A DNA stretch of 64,000 bases. Source: Candidatus Woesearchaeota archaeon (GTDB lineage Archaea > Nanobdellota > Nanobdellia > Woesearchaeales > JAFCFN01). A program made the position numbers and the translations under genes. The stretch spans positions 3,068 through 67,067 of the forward strand of contig JAFCFN010000003.1 in the NCBI GenBank assembly GCA_017608625.1. Direction: 5' to 3'. How positions within the stretch are numbered: position 1 is the stretch's first letter; every line of letters begins with the position of its first letter. Below, piece by piece: positions 19,908 through 30,014 of the stretch. Below the pieces are notes generated by a model, which searched no databases, was not told the DNA's origin, and saw only the letters and a list, made by a program, of their open reading frames with translations.

Positions 19908-20299
19908 CAGTAACAAAACGCCAGCAGCCTTCCTCCACAATTTTTATCTTTAGCCTCTTTATGAGTCATAATTCCTTGCGATGTAGAAACAATTAATATA
20001 CCAAAATCCTTTGCAGGCAAGTATCTCTTCTCAAATTTGGTAAACTCATTCTTTTTAACAGCAAATCTTGGTTTTATAACTCCACACTTGTTTATATTTC
20101 CAATTAACTGCACCTCTATAAATCCTCCTCTACCATCATCCACAAACTTAAACTCTCCAAGATATTTATGATCTTTCATTATTGCAAAAACTTTTTGGAT
20201 TATTTTTGATGCTGGTTTTATCTTACATTCTCTTTTTCCAGCCTTCTCACTATGATTAATCATAGATAATGCATTTGCTAATGGATCATTTAGTGACAT
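19907..20299 (-). CDS. rps8: 30S ribosomal protein S8
   Basis: [26 protein letters not shown]. Confidence 0.96.
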   Translation of the reverse strand: MSLNDPLANALSMINHSEKAGKRECKIKPASKIIQKVFAIMKDHKYLGEFKFVDDGRGGFIEVQLIGNINKCGVIKPRFAVKKNEFTKFEKRYLPAKDFGILIVSTSQGIMTHKEAKDKNCGGRLLAFCY

Positions 20300-20307
20300 T
20301 TTAACCT

Positions 20308-20541
20308 CTAACTATATTTTTTAAAACCAATCTTAGTAGCAATTTCTCTAAAACACTGCCTGCATAGATCTAGACCACATTTACTAATATGTCCACCACT
20401 AGTTCTGCCACATCTGGAACATTTAGTAACAGCTCTACCAAATTTCCTTTCTTTAGGTTTGTTGTGCTTAAGATATTTCTTTAGCTTTACAGGCTTCACT
20501 TTTAGTTGTGCAAAAACCTTTCTATAATCGCTTGCTGTCAT
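20308..20541 (-). CDS. rps14: 30S ribosomal protein S14 (Zn-binding)
   Basis: CSRCG...LCRQCFRE. Confidence 0.95.
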   Translation of the reverse strand: MTASDYRKVFAQLKVKPVKLKKYLKHNKPKERKFGRAVTKCSRCGRTSGGHISKCGLDLCRQCFREIATKIGFKKYS

Positions 20542-21074
20542 TCTTCCACCTTTACACTAAATTTCTTTTTCATAAACTCAATCGCCTCTTCTTTTGTTAT
20601 TTTATGTGATTTTGATATCTTTCTTTTCATCTTCTTTCTTTTTCTAATTCTAAAACCTCTCCTTTCCAAAGTAATACACACCTCTAATCCCATTATCCCT
20701 ATCTCTGGATTATACTTTACTCCATGTATGTCTATATATTCTTCTATTCCAAAACTTACATTTCCATTGTCATCGAAACTGTTGCTTTTCAAAATTTTAT
20801 CTTTAGCTTCTAATAAAGCAACTAGTAATTTTTCAGCTTTATCTTTTCTCAATGTTACCTTAGCACCTATAGGTAAGCCAGGTCTCAAGCCAAATTCAGG
20901 TATTCTTTTCTTAGCAAATGTTTTAACAGGCTTAGCATTAGTAATGGTTTTTAATAATAATAGAGCTTTATCTAATTTATTCTGATCAGTTCCACAACCA
21001 ATATTCAGAGTTATTTTTTCTACTCTTATCTCCTTCATAGGGTTGCTTTGAAAAGTTTTTGATTTTTCTGACAT
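20538..21074 (-). CDS. rpl5: 50S ribosomal protein L5
   Basis: [32 protein letters not shown]. Confidence 0.96.
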   Translation of the reverse strand: MSEKSKTFQSNPMKEIRVEKITLNIGCGTDQNKLDKALLLLKTITNAKPVKTFAKKRIPEFGLRPGLPIGAKVTLRKDKAEKLLVALLEAKDKILKSNSFDDNGNVSFGIEEYIDIHGVKYNPEIGIMGLEVCITLERRGFRIRKRKKMKRKISKSHKITKEEAIEFMKKKFSVKVEE

Positions 21075-21075
21075 T

Positions 21076-21759
21076 TTAATAACTCAACAATGATATAGCA
21101 GGTTTTTCTTTTCCAACTACAAACAAATGATCTTTTATTGCATCAAACAATTTTGTTCCAATTTTACATTTCCATATATTATCTTTTACATCACTTGCTG
21201 TCGCAACCATGCCTATGTGCTTTCCACCTATCAAATATACCAAAGAACCTTTCTCCAATTTAATGTGCTTTTCAATTTTATTCTTATTTAATAATACACT
21301 ATCTCCTACTTTGTAATCATTTGTCTTATCAACTAGAATATTTCTTCCATTGTGGAGATTAAGTTGACATTTTCCTTTGACTAAACTTTTATTCACGATT
21401 TTACAAAGCAAAAGATTTGCTTCATCTTTAGTTATAGCCAAAAGCTCTAGTTCATTTTTTTTGTTTATCAACATTCTAAAATACTCATTTGTAGAAGGGA
21501 TTGATATCACATCCATCAAGCCAACAAAAAACTTAGGATCCTTTCTCCTCACACCATCAACATATATTTCATTATTTAGTAAAATGCTTTTTACCTCTTT
21601 GGCATTTTTCGCCTTTTTTAGAATATCCCTAAATATTACAAGAAGAGGAATTCCAAAATTAAATTTTCCACCTGGAAAAGGTCTTACTACAAACCTTATC
21701 TTTTTCCTTTTTATATTCCACGTCTTTGGCATAGCATGTCTTTTAATATGTGCTTTCAT
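21076..21759 (-). CDS. rps4e: 30S ribosomal protein S4e
   Basis: HIKRHAMPKTW, VDGVRRKD...GLMDVI. Confidence 0.95.
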   Translation of the reverse strand: MKAHIKRHAMPKTWNIKRKKIRFVVRPFPGGKFNFGIPLLVIFRDILKKAKNAKEVKSILLNNEIYVDGVRRKDPKFFVGLMDVISIPSTNEYFRMLINKKNELELLAITKDEANLLLCKIVNKSLVKGKCQLNLHNGRNILVDKTNDYKVGDSVLLNKNKIEKHIKLEKGSLVYLIGGKHIGMVATASDVKDNIWKCKIGTKLFDAIKDHLFVVGKEKPAISLLSY

Positions 21760-22148
21760 TTTATACCTCTTTCAACAATCTTTTTCCTCATTTTATCATC
21801 TAAATTTAATTCAAGTATTAACAGATTTGACGGGTGAATAGGTCTAGGAACACTTGTTCCATCTTTTTTTGTAACTGTTATTCCTTCAATATACACCTTC
21901 TCCTTCTTGACATTAATACGCTCTATTTTTCCTGATTGTCCTTTGAAGCTACCTCTCAAAATTTTAACTTTATCACCTTTTCTTACTGCTAAAGATCTTT
22001 TTTTATATTTCTCCCTTAACTCTTTGCATAAATGAGCAGATACGAGTTTACGTTTTATATGTAAAGGAGCATTACGTCTATACTTTCTTTGCTTTTTTGC
22101 TTGTTTACTTGATTTCCAACTTTTTGACCATTTCTTTTGATTCTTCAT
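21756..22148 (-). CDS. rpl24: 50S ribosomal protein L24
   Basis: KQRKY..NAPLH, KGDKVKILRG, HPSNL. ATG at 22148 preferred over the track start. Confidence 0.93.
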   Translation of the reverse strand: MKNQKKWSKSWKSSKQAKKQRKYRRNAPLHIKRKLVSAHLCKELREKYKKRSLAVRKGDKVKILRGSFKGQSGKIERINVKKEKVYIEGITVTKKDGTSVPRPIHPSNLLILELNLDDKMRKKIVERGIK

Positions 22149-22149
22149 T

Positions 22150-22551
22150 TTAAACAATAATGCTAGCAACCTTGGCTATGCCTGGCCATCTATCACAGGC
22201 CTCTTTTGCTATAGCTCCTTTGAATATCGTTCCTTTAGGATTACCTTCTTCATCTTTTAGCACAACAGCAGCATTATCTTCAAATTTTATTCTTGTCCCG
22301 TCAGGTCTTCTATACTCTTTTTTCTGTCTCACTATTACAGCAAAAACTATTTGTTTTCTCATATCAGTTCTTCCTTTCTTAACAGATGCTAAAACTAAAT
22401 CTCCAACACCTGCTGCAGGTTTTCTTCCCTTAATAGTTTTCAAACCTTTTACAGCAAATATTCTAATAACCTTGGCTCCACTATTATCACAAGTCTCTAT
22501 TAGACTACCTACAGGTATTGCTCTTGTTATTTTTGCTTTAACTGCTTTCAT
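22150..22551 (-). CDS. rpl14: 50S ribosomal protein L14
   Basis: DNSGAK, FEDNAAV. Confidence 0.96.
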   Translation of the reverse strand: MKAVKAKITRAIPVGSLIETCDNSGAKVIRIFAVKGLKTIKGRKPAAGVGDLVLASVKKGRTDMRKQIVFAVIVRQKKEYRRPDGTRIKFEDNAAVVLKDEEGNPKGTIFKGAIAKEACDRWPGIAKVASIIV

Positions 22552-22853
22552 TTTTCACTTCTTTTTTCAACAACTACAAAATGTTTTGTTTTACTTAAAG
22601 GTCTACACTCTACAACTTTTACTATGTCTCCTTCACTGGCAGAAATACAATCAGGATTATGAGCTTTTAATCTAATTCTCCTCTTTTCATATCTTTCATA
22701 TTTTGCCAGATAATGTATTCTTTCAAACTCTATTACGACAGTTCGATGCATTTTAGCAGAAATAACTCTTCCAACAAAACTTCTGCCTCTAGTTCTTAAT
22801 GTACCGTGAATTGGGCAATTTTTATCTGTACATTTTGCTTCTTTCATTTTCAT
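22548..22853 (-). CDS. rps17: 30S ribosomal protein S17
   Basis: CPIHG, ECRPLSKTKHF. Confidence 0.96.
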   Translation of the reverse strand: MKMKEAKCTDKNCPIHGTLRTRGRSFVGRVISAKMHRTVVIEFERIHYLAKYERYEKRRIRLKAHNPDCISASEGDIVKVVECRPLSKTKHFVVVEKRSEK

Positions 22854-23086
22854 GCCTTTAACCTCTCCTCAGGTCTTCCAATAAGTTGTTCACCGCGTAT
22901 TTTTTTCTTATTTATTTCAATTACAACATCTTTTTTGATTATTTTTCTTATTTTCCCTTTACTTTTTATTATCAATAAATTTTTTGTTTCATCTATAATC
23001 TTGCCTTCTAATCCAATATTTGCTTTATTTTTGCTATCAACAATTTTGATAGTTAAGCCTATCAATTCCTTTCTTATTGTGTCCAT
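22850..23086 (-). CDS. rnp1: Ribonuclease P protein subunit Rpp29
   Basis: ELIGL, GLEGKIIDETKN, GRPEERLK; conserved operon position. Confidence 0.92.
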   Translation of the reverse strand: MDTIRKELIGLTIKIVDSKNKANIGLEGKIIDETKNLLIIKSKGKIRKIIKKDVVIEINKKKIRGEQLIGRPEERLKA

Positions 23087-23096
23087 TGTATTTTTA

Positions 23097-23405
23097 TTAC
23101 TGAATATCTATTCTATCAGCATCAAAACCTGCTTCAACCAAAAGCTCTTTCACTCTGGCTCTATGGTCTCCTTGCAATTCTATTATACCTTCTTTTACTG
23201 TTCCTCCACATGCAAGTTTTTGTTTAAGTTTCTTTGTAATTTCTTTTAGGCTTACTTCTTTTTCGTCTATACCACCAATCTGTGTTTCAAGTTTACCGAA
23301 CTTCTTTTTTACCAATCTTACTTTTATTTTCTGGCTCTCTTTTGCTATAGTCTCACAAACACAGAGTTCTTTTGGCAAGCCACATTTGCTGCATATTTCA
23401 GCCAT
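23097..23405 (-). CDS. sui1: Translation initiation factor aIF1/SUI1
   Basis: CGLPKELCVC, LACGGTVK, IELQGDH. Confidence 0.95.
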   Translation of the reverse strand: MAEICSKCGLPKELCVCETIAKESQKIKVRLVKKKFGKLETQIGGIDEKEVSLKEITKKLKQKLACGGTVKEGIIELQGDHRARVKELLVEAGFDADRIDIQ

Positions 23406-23419
23406 ACTTTTTTATCCCC

Positions 23420-23617
23420 TCATTTATTTTTTTGATTTTGGACTGTTAAAATCCTAGCAATTGTTTTTTTAATCTGTTTGAGTTGTTCAGGGTTTTTCAT
23501 ACTAGCTTTAGTTGCTCTTTGAGCATTAATTTTAATTAATTCCTTTCTCAATTCATTCAGTTTTTCATTTAACTCTTCCTTGCTCATTTCTCTAATTTCT
23601 TTTATCCTCAGTGCCAT
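23420..23617 (-). CDS. rpl29: 50S ribosomal protein L29
   Basis: EIREMS...IKKTIARILT. Confidence 0.93.
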   Translation of the reverse strand: MALRIKEIREMSKEELNEKLNELRKELIKINAQRATKASMKNPEQLKQIKKTIARILTVQNQKNK

Positions 23618-23618
23618 C

Positions 23619-24275
23619 TTAGTTTTCCTTTTCTTCTTTCTCTTTTTCCTCCTCTTTTACTTCTTCAACTTTTTCTTCTTTGGTTAATATGTTTACTTTA
23701 TCAGGCAATTTAATTGTAGGAGGCATTATGCTGATTTTAATTCCAATAGCCCCTGACTTCAGATTAGCTGTTGCATATGCTTTATCCACTCCAATACCAG
23801 CTAAATCTCCGCATTTTTTTAAGTAGCCTTGATAAAATCTCCAACTTTTCGCTCTTGCACCAGGAATTTTACCAGAGATAACTATCTCAACTCCTAATGC
23901 ACCAGCACCCATTACTTCTTCGATTATTTTATGCCCAATAGCTTTGAATTTTGATGTACCAAATCTTTCCAATAAACTAGCAATTTTTTCTGCAACAATT
24001 CTAGCATCTAAACTTGCATTTTCTACTTCTCCAATTTCGATCTGAGGATTTTCTAAACTAAACTTTTCTTTTAACATTGCAGTTAATTTTGTAATATTTT
24101 GTCCTTTTGTACCAACAACCAAACCAGGTCTAGAAGCATAAATAATGATTTTTTCTCCTAAAGGTGTTCTTTGTAGTTTGATTTTACTTTGCCCAACCTT
24201 AGGAAGATTTTTAGCTATAAATTCCTCTATTTCATATTCTTTCTTTTTTTGAGACACTAATTTTCTCTCCATCAT
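23619..24275 (-). CDS. rps3: 30S ribosomal protein S3
   Basis: RTPLG, RPGLVVG, GVEIVISGK. Confidence 0.95.
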   Translation of the reverse strand: MMERKLVSQKKKEYEIEEFIAKNLPKVGQSKIKLQRTPLGEKIIIYASRPGLVVGTKGQNITKLTAMLKEKFSLENPQIEIGEVENASLDARIVAEKIASLLERFGTSKFKAIGHKIIEEVMGAGALGVEIVISGKIPGARAKSWRFYQGYLKKCGDLAGIGVDKAYATANLKSGAIGIKISIMPPTIKLPDKVNILTKEEKVEEVKEEEKEKEEKEN

Positions 24276-24709
24276 TTTTTCTCACTTCCTTCTTCTGCTT
24301 TCTTCTTTGCTTCCTCCACAATAACTTCTACATGAGTTCTTTTCATTAATCTTCCCCTATGTCTACTATAACGTATCGGTTTAGATGCCTTATCAGCTTT
24401 AACATGTTTCAATACTAAAGATGCTGTATTCAATCCTTTATAACTTGCATTAGCTTCTGCCAATTTAAGGATATTTAAAATTTCGGCACACGCTTTTACA
24501 GGAAATTTACCTCCTCCTGCCAAACCTTTTTTATGCCCTGCACCTTCTGTAAATCTTTTGAATGGAATTGCCTGTTTCTTTTCTATAACCCGTTCCAGTA
24601 TTTCTTTCGCTTTTTGTAGACTTTTTCCTCTAATAAAAGAGCATATCTCTATTGCATTCTTTGTAGAGATTGATAAATTCTTCCCAACCGCTTTTGCTGT
24701 CTCTTTCAT
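24272..24709 (-). CDS. rpl22: 50S ribosomal protein L22
   Basis: ISTKNAIEIC, GKFPVKAC, THVEV. Confidence 0.95.
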   Translation of the reverse strand: MKETAKAVGKNLSISTKNAIEICSFIRGKSLQKAKEILERVIEKKQAIPFKRFTEGAGHKKGLAGGGKFPVKACAEILNILKLAEANASYKGLNTASLVLKHVKADKASKPIRYSRHRGRLMKRTHVEVIVEEAKKKAEEGSEKK

Positions 24710-24710
24710 T

Positions 24711-25094
24711 TTATTTTACAGATATACTTGCACTGGATCTAGTTGCACCAATTCCAGGCGCCGAGTGTTCTACTTTTTTCCTTGTTAATGCAAACTCTCC
24801 TAATCTATGACCAACCATCTCTGGCTGGATTAAAACAGGAACAAAACCATTACCTTTGTGAACATGTATTGTGATCCCAATCATCTCTGGCACTATTATC
24901 ATATCTCTACAGTGTGTTCTAATATTCTTTTCTTTAGCTCTTATTTTTTTAAGTAGATCTTTTTGAGCTTTTGTAAAACCTCTTTCTAAACTCCTTCTTT
25001 CTCTCGATTTAAGCAATAATGCAAACTCTTTCAGACTCAATTTTTTCAATTCTTCTACTGTTTTACCTTTAAATGTAAATTCTTTCTTTGCCAT
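24711..25094 (-). CDS. rps19: 30S ribosomal protein S19
   Basis: [23 protein letters not shown]. Confidence 0.96.
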   Translation of the reverse strand: MAKKEFTFKGKTVEELKKLSLKEFALLLKSRERRSLERGFTKAQKDLLKKIRAKEKNIRTHCRDMIIVPEMIGITIHVHKGNGFVPVLIQPEMVGHRLGEFALTRKKVEHSAPGIGATRSSASISVK

Positions 25095-25095
25095 T

Positions 25096-25809
25096 TTATT
25101 TCTTTCTCCTTCCTGTTCTTCTAGGTCTTAACATTCCTACTTTTCTACCAGGAGGAGCATGTTTAGGCGCTATTGTTGGTCTACCTTTTCTACTTGTCCT
25201 TGTTCCACCGAATGGATGGTTAATAGCATTCATAGCTGCTCCTTTAACATGAGGATAAAATCTATTCTTAGCTTTCATTGCATGATATTTATTTCCAGCT
25301 TTTACAAAAGGTTTTTCAGTTCGTCCACCTCCAGCAATTATACCAATTGTAGCTCTACACTCTCCTAAAAATTCTTTTGTTTTCTTTGAAGGTAATAGCA
25401 CAACTACCCTATCTTTTATTTTACTTACTACCTTGGCAAAAGTTCCAGCAGCCCTAACAAACTTCCCACCATCACCTGGTTGGGATTCTATATTATAAAT
25501 TTCAGTTCCTTCTGGGATATTCTTTAAGGGCAATGTGTTACCAATTCTAATTTCTCCTTTTTCAGCAGCACTGATTATTTGTCCAACTTTTACTCCTTCT
25601 GCACTAATTTCCAATGTTTTTTCACCATCATCATATTCAACAACAGCTAAAGGTGCTGAGTGTCCAGGACATTTTATTAAATCAACTATTCTGCCTGCAC
25701 TTTCCTTACCAAAGGTTTTGTTTCTAGCTTCTCCAGCATATCTAAAACTTGGAGCTCTAAAAGTACTGCTACCTTTCCCTTTCCTCTGTTGAATCAGGCT
25801 TTTTCCCAT
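25096..25809 (-). CDS. rpl2: 50S ribosomal protein L2
   Basis: [22 protein letters not shown]. Confidence 0.96.
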   Translation of the reverse strand: MGKSLIQQRKGKGSSTFRAPSFRYAGEARNKTFGKESAGRIVDLIKCPGHSAPLAVVEYDDGEKTLEISAEGVKVGQIISAAEKGEIRIGNTLPLKNIPEGTEIYNIESQPGDGGKFVRAAGTFAKVVSKIKDRVVVLLPSKKTKEFLGECRATIGIIAGGGRTEKPFVKAGNKYHAMKAKNRFYPHVKGAAMNAINHPFGGTRTSRKGRPTIAPKHAPPGRKVGMLRPRRTGRRKK

Positions 25810-25814
25810 TTTCT

Positions 25815-26075
25815 TTACATTAATCCTAACTCAGTTGCCACATCAATAGCAGGATTAGCTTTATTAAATTTAACATAAGCTTTTTTTCTTCCACTACTAT
25901 CAATGGATGTATTGACTTTATCAACTTTAACTTTGAATACTTTTTCAATTTCTTCCTTGATCACTTTTTTTGTGGCCTTTTTATCAACTACAAAAACTAA
26001 TTTGTTTTCACTTTCCATCAATCTCATTGATTTTTCTGTTGATACAGGATATTTTATGGTTTTCATTTTACACAA
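25815..26075 (-). CDS. rpl23: 50S ribosomal protein L23
   Basis: PVSTEK, KVNT, KKAYV. Confidence 0.95.
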   Translation of the reverse strand: MCKMKTIKYPVSTEKSMRLMESENKLVFVVDKKATKKVIKEEIEKVFKVKVDKVNTSIDSSGRKKAYVKFNKANPAIDVATELGLM

Positions 26076-26874
26076 ATAATTTTTCTTTAGATAATCTTTC
26101 TATTGCCCCTTCAGTCCAGATAGTTAATCTTCCAATATCTGCTCCAGGAGCCAAAAGATCAGCATTAAGGTTTTTCACCAAACAAACATCTACTCCAGGA
26201 ATACTCTTTGCAGATTTCTGCAATTCACACTCTTTAGACACTACAATTAAAGGACCTTTCTTTTTCTTGTAAGTTCTGCCCCTGCTTTTTCCTTTTCCAG
26301 CCCTAACTTTCTTTTTATTAACCCTTTCTAACTCCTCTTTCAAATCAATTTTTTCCAAAACCTTTTTCACTTTAGATGTTTTATCTAATTCTTCAAATTT
26401 ATTTTCAATTATAATTGGATAAACTTTTGGTAAAACGTGATTCCTCTTTTTAACTAATTCAGCAACAACTGCTGCAGATATAGCAGATCTTATAGCTTTT
26501 CTTCTTTCCTTTTTGTTTATTTTTTGCTTCCATATTTTCTCTGATTTTGGAGGATGCGCTTTTCTTCCACCTACTGTTCCGGGTGCAAAAGCAGCAACCC
26601 AATAAAACCTTCTACCTCTTCTTGTTAATATCTTTCTTGGAACTCTGCTTATTCCATAACCATAGCTTCCTCTGTAATCTCTCCTTCTTTTAGACAATTT
26701 AGCACTAGCCCTTTTCCCAGCTTCAGGCTTTGTACCATATGCCTGTCTATTATTTGATTGCAGAGCCAAAACAGCTCTCTTAACTAGATCAGGTCTTATC
26801 TCTTCAGAAAATTGAATAGGTAGATCTATTTTTTTGATTTCTTTTCCATCTAAACTTAATAACGGAGCTTTCAT
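26068..26874 (-). CDS. rpl4: 50S ribosomal protein L4
   Basis: RPDLVKRA, GGRKAHPPK, LAPGA..GRLTIW. Confidence 0.96.
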   Translation of the reverse strand: MKAPLLSLDGKEIKKIDLPIQFSEEIRPDLVKRAVLALQSNNRQAYGTKPEAGKRASAKLSKRRRDYRGSYGYGISRVPRKILTRRGRRFYWVAAFAPGTVGGRKAHPPKSEKIWKQKINKKERRKAIRSAISAAVVAELVKKRNHVLPKVYPIIIENKFEELDKTSKVKKVLEKIDLKEELERVNKKKVRAGKGKSRGRTYKKKKGPLIVVSKECELQKSAKSIPGVDVCLVKNLNADLLAPGADIGRLTIWTEGAIERLSKEKLFV

Positions 26875-26876
26875 AC

Positions 26877-27860
26877 TTACTTGCCTTGTTTACTTTCTAG
26901 TGAAATATATTGAATAGTAGGAACTTCTTGAATCATTTTTTTATTAGGTCTCATAGGATAACTCATCTTTATAAGTCTTTTAGCACACCCTGGAACAGAC
27001 CCTTTTAGTAACACATAATCATTCTTAACTAAACCATATCTTATAAAACCACCTTTAGGATTAATTTCTTCCCCTTTATCTCCAATTTTTATAATCCATT
27101 TGTTTTTTTCAGTTCTTACATTATAACCAGTTTTACCAGCATGGGCAACTCTCCACATTATATGTTGCTGTGCATTCCATGGTCCTAAAGAACCAGGAGC
27201 TCTTCTTCCTTTTTCTGATTTATGACTTTTCAGAGAAATACCAAATCTCTTTACAGGACCTTGCGTTCCTTTACCTTTTGTTACAGCATGAACATCTACT
27301 TGCTGGCCTTCTGAAAAAATATCTCTAACTGAGACCTCTTTTCCAATCAAATTTTTTAAGTATTCTAGTTTTTTATCCTTTTCACCACCAACTGCAATCT
27401 CAAAAACCTCAGGCTTTTTCTTACCTATTCCTGTTTTTTTAGGTTGAGTATAAACAATTGCTCTTACATCATCAAAATCTTTTATGTCCTCTATTTTTTT
27501 CTTTAATTTTTCAGGTAGAATTATTTTTCTAGATAATTCCTTATCGAGATTTTGTGAAAGGATAGAAGCAGAAAGAGTTAAACCATAGGGAGTTTTCTTG
27601 TAAAAATTCACCCCAAGAACCTTTATAGTTGGACACTCAATAACAGTCACTGGAATTTTTATATCCTCACCTTTTGTTAATGAATGAGCTCTATTATCAG
27701 TAATTATTATATGTGTCATACCTGCTTTATATCCTGGAAAACATAATAATTTTGTTTCTGATATAGTAGGCCAACTCCTAATTCTAGCATAAGGTTTTTT
27801 AGCCCTTTTTCTAGGCCAATACTGCAGACTCCCTTTCCTAGGTTTTCTTACGTTTGGCAT
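26877..27860 (-). CDS. rpl3: 50S ribosomal protein L3
   Basis: PRKGSL, GYKAGMTH, TKGKGTQGPVKRFG. Confidence 0.96.
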   Translation of the reverse strand: MPNVRKPRKGSLQYWPRKRAKKPYARIRSWPTISETKLLCFPGYKAGMTHIIITDNRAHSLTKGEDIKIPVTVIECPTIKVLGVNFYKKTPYGLTLSASILSQNLDKELSRKIILPEKLKKKIEDIKDFDDVRAIVYTQPKKTGIGKKKPEVFEIAVGGEKDKKLEYLKNLIGKEVSVRDIFSEGQQVDVHAVTKGKGTQGPVKRFGISLKSHKSEKGRRAPGSLGPWNAQQHIMWRVAHAGKTGYNVRTEKNKWIIKIGDKGEEINPKGGFIRYGLVKNDYVLLKGSVPGCAKRLIKMSYPMRPNKKMIQEVPTIQYISLESKQGK

Positions 27861-28104
27861 TCTAACTCACTTGCCTTTTTGTTTTTGTAAACTGGCCTTT
27901 TTCTGCTTTTTTCTTTAGAATCAGACAGTCATAATTTACTTGCTTTTGCAAGCAGTGTTATGACAGCCAATGAAAAAAGCTTTTCAGGCCTAACCGCAAA
28001 ATCGGTTAACGCTTTAATGAGATTCAAAGCTTTGCTTTGAATTCCCTTTGTGTTTAACTAAATATTAAACACCCCTTGCTTGGAAATAACTCTTCCTTTA
28101 AAAA
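27861..28104 (-). promoter_or_regulatory. Promoter and long structured 5' leader of the ribosomal superoperon
   Basis: TATA-like TTTTTAAA (28104-28097, minus). Hairpins at 27928-27964, 27971-27986, 27991-28008, 28022-28042 and 28050-28072. Confidence 0.55.
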
Positions 28105-28120
28105 GCTATCCTTTTTGTAC

Positions 28121-28175
28121 GTTAAATAAGTTAACAAATATTATAAATTTGTGTATTAATGTTAAATAGGTTAAC
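28121..28175. promoter_or_regulatory. Two GTTAA-N5-TTAAC palindromes 40 bp apart (putative operator sites)
   Basis: GTTAAATAAGTTAAC (28121-28135) and GTTAAATAGGTTAAC (28161-28175) between divergent promoters. Confidence 0.55.
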
Positions 28176-28292
28176 ATATATATAAATAGTATTGGTAATT
28201 CACTTTGTCATCACTAATATGTGGTAAAAAAATAGAAAGATTTAAATACTAGTTATGTTTTACTACTTAATATGATTAAGAGGTGAAACAAA

Positions 28293-28688
28293 ATGAAAAA
28301 ATTTATACTTAAAGATGGAAAGCTTATTAGTCTCCCAGAGCCAAACAAAGATTATCCTAATAAAAAATTAGATCGAGAAACTTTGGGAGAAATACTAGAT
28401 GATCTATGTGCAATAAATGCTGTTTTGGAGCATTGTGGTACTCTTTTGGATCTAAAAGTAAAAGATCCTGACTACTTAAATCCAACACTTTTTACTGAAG
28501 GTTCTGGATGTGGCCAAACATATAGAGAGTACCTTGAACAAATAAAATACGCCCTTGAGAATGGAATAAAGAGAAAAAGTTTCAGCAATGAAGATATACA
28601 AATTCTACGAGGTGTAAGAGCCCCCTATATAGATTCAGAGGGAATTACAAAAAAACTAGATTTTAACAAATCAAAGTACGGAATTTAA
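28293..28688 (+). CDS. Hypothetical protein
   Basis: GAGGTGA SD and upstream TTTAAATA box; no motif recognised. Confidence 0.65.
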   Translation: MKKFILKDGKLISLPEPNKDYPNKKLDRETLGEILDDLCAINAVLEHCGTLLDLKVKDPDYLNPTLFTEGSGCGQTYREYLEQIKYALENGIKRKSFSNEDIQILRGVRAPYIDSEGITKKLDFNKSKYGI

Positions 28689-29989
28689 TTTTTCTTTTCA
28701 TTCTTTTTCTTATCTTTATTCAAATGAAATGTCTTTCTCACACTATAATTAACAGGGTTTTTAATCTTAGAACAAAGATTATCTGGCTTGCAAACACCAA
28801 TCTCTTTATAGTAAAGATTATTCGCACAATTTGGAGGCAAAACCTTTTTCTTGTGATTTTTATGATATTTTATTTGACTCATTAAATAGCCGTCACTTAG
28901 CGGTGTGCTATTTTTTTTATTCCATTCTCTGAGAAATTTTTCCATCTGTTCGTAATCCCAACCAAGACTTGATAAAAAATTAATCAAAATAAACAATGCT
29001 CTTTTTCTTCCATCTTCCAAACCTTTCAAAATCAATTTAATACACGGAGGGAAGAACTGCTCTTGAACAGCTTTTACAGGCACATTAAATTCTTTTGCAT
29101 TTTTAATACCTAAATTTTCTTCTTTTATATTAAAATCAAAAGCCTGTACAATTAGTTGTTTTGCCTCACCCTTAGTTACATTACTCCTTTCTAAAAAATG
29201 TCTTTCGACTTTAACATTTTCTGGCTTTGCTTTTTCTTTATTAAACTCCAAAACTTCATCAAGAGAAATTGGCAAAGAGATTAAACCGGATTTTTCATTA
29301 AAACAATAAGGCATTCTATAAAGATGTCTTTTAGAAATCAAAATAGTATCAATATCTACTAAGGAAAAAGGATCTAATTCATTATTTATGATTATTTCAT
29401 TAAATTTTTTCCCACTTTTCTTCATCAATTCTCTAATGTCATATTTTTTTAAAATTTCCTTAGCTAAGTGCTTTCTTACCATCTCTTTCAAATAAGCAGC
29501 TATCTTTCTCGGTCCATCTGGATATAATAATCTTGTTTCTTTGTCATAAACTTTATCAGGAAAAGCTTCGAATGGCACACCAATATGAAAACCCTTGTTC
29601 CCAGAAAATTTGCAAGAAACACTTTTAATGCCATAATACTTTAATGCTTTGATTATTAAATCAGCAGCTATTTTACTAAGCTCTAGATCACAGCTATCTA
29701 CATCCAAAACCAAATCCCAACCTTTTCTTAATGAATTCAACTCTTTTTCTTTCATATGTGTATCTATTTGTAATGGATTACTCCATAACTCTTCAGAAGC
29801 ATGAAAAGAGGTTGCACCCTGTTTAGCTAACTCCAGTATATCTCCTTCATGTTGTAATGTATCAGGCCTTTTTCCAAAACCTTTATTTCCATATTTAACT
29901 GCAATTTCTCTATCCTTCGCATTAGCTAGAATAGCCTTTTGTACATCCTTTCTTTTATAGTATTTTAGAAGAGTGCTTAATGTTAACAT
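28685..29989 (-). CDS. Fused DNA primase (PriS catalytic domain + PriL C-terminal Fe-S domain)
   Basis: WDLVLDVD and FSGNKGFHI (PriS); FPPCI...GRKR...PPNC...C...C (PriL-CTD). ATG at 29989 preferred. Confidence 0.9.
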   Translation of the reverse strand: MLTLSTLLKYYKRKDVQKAILANAKDREIAVKYGNKGFGKRPDTLQHEGDILELAKQGATSFHASEELWSNPLQIDTHMKEKELNSLRKGWDLVLDVDSCDLELSKIAADLIIKALKYYGIKSVSCKFSGNKGFHIGVPFEAFPDKVYDKETRLLYPDGPRKIAAYLKEMVRKHLAKEILKKYDIRELMKKSGKKFNEIIINNELDPFSLVDIDTILISKRHLYRMPYCFNEKSGLISLPISLDEVLEFNKEKAKPENVKVERHFLERSNVTKGEAKQLIVQAFDFNIKEENLGIKNAKEFNVPVKAVQEQFFPPCIKLILKGLEDGRKRALFILINFLSSLGWDYEQMEKFLREWNKKNSTPLSDGYLMSQIKYHKNHKKKVLPPNCANNLYYKEIGVCKPDNLCSKIKNPVNYSVRKTFHLNKDKKKNEKKN

Positions 29990-30014
29990 ATTTATAACTA
30001 AGAATAACAAATAT

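Noticed and set aside
21045..21074. rpl5 start ATGTCAGAAAAATC resembling the rps13 element end
   Set aside because: Only ~10 nt match and no flanking direct repeat; compatible with an ordinary MSEK start
28028..28041. 14-mer AGCTTTGCTTTGAA shared between an L3-leader hairpin and tRNA-Gly intron 3 (37426-37439)
   Set aside because: Suggests a common hairpin element, but chance 14-mer matches are expected in 64 kb of AT-rich DNA and the two would be transcribed from opposite strands
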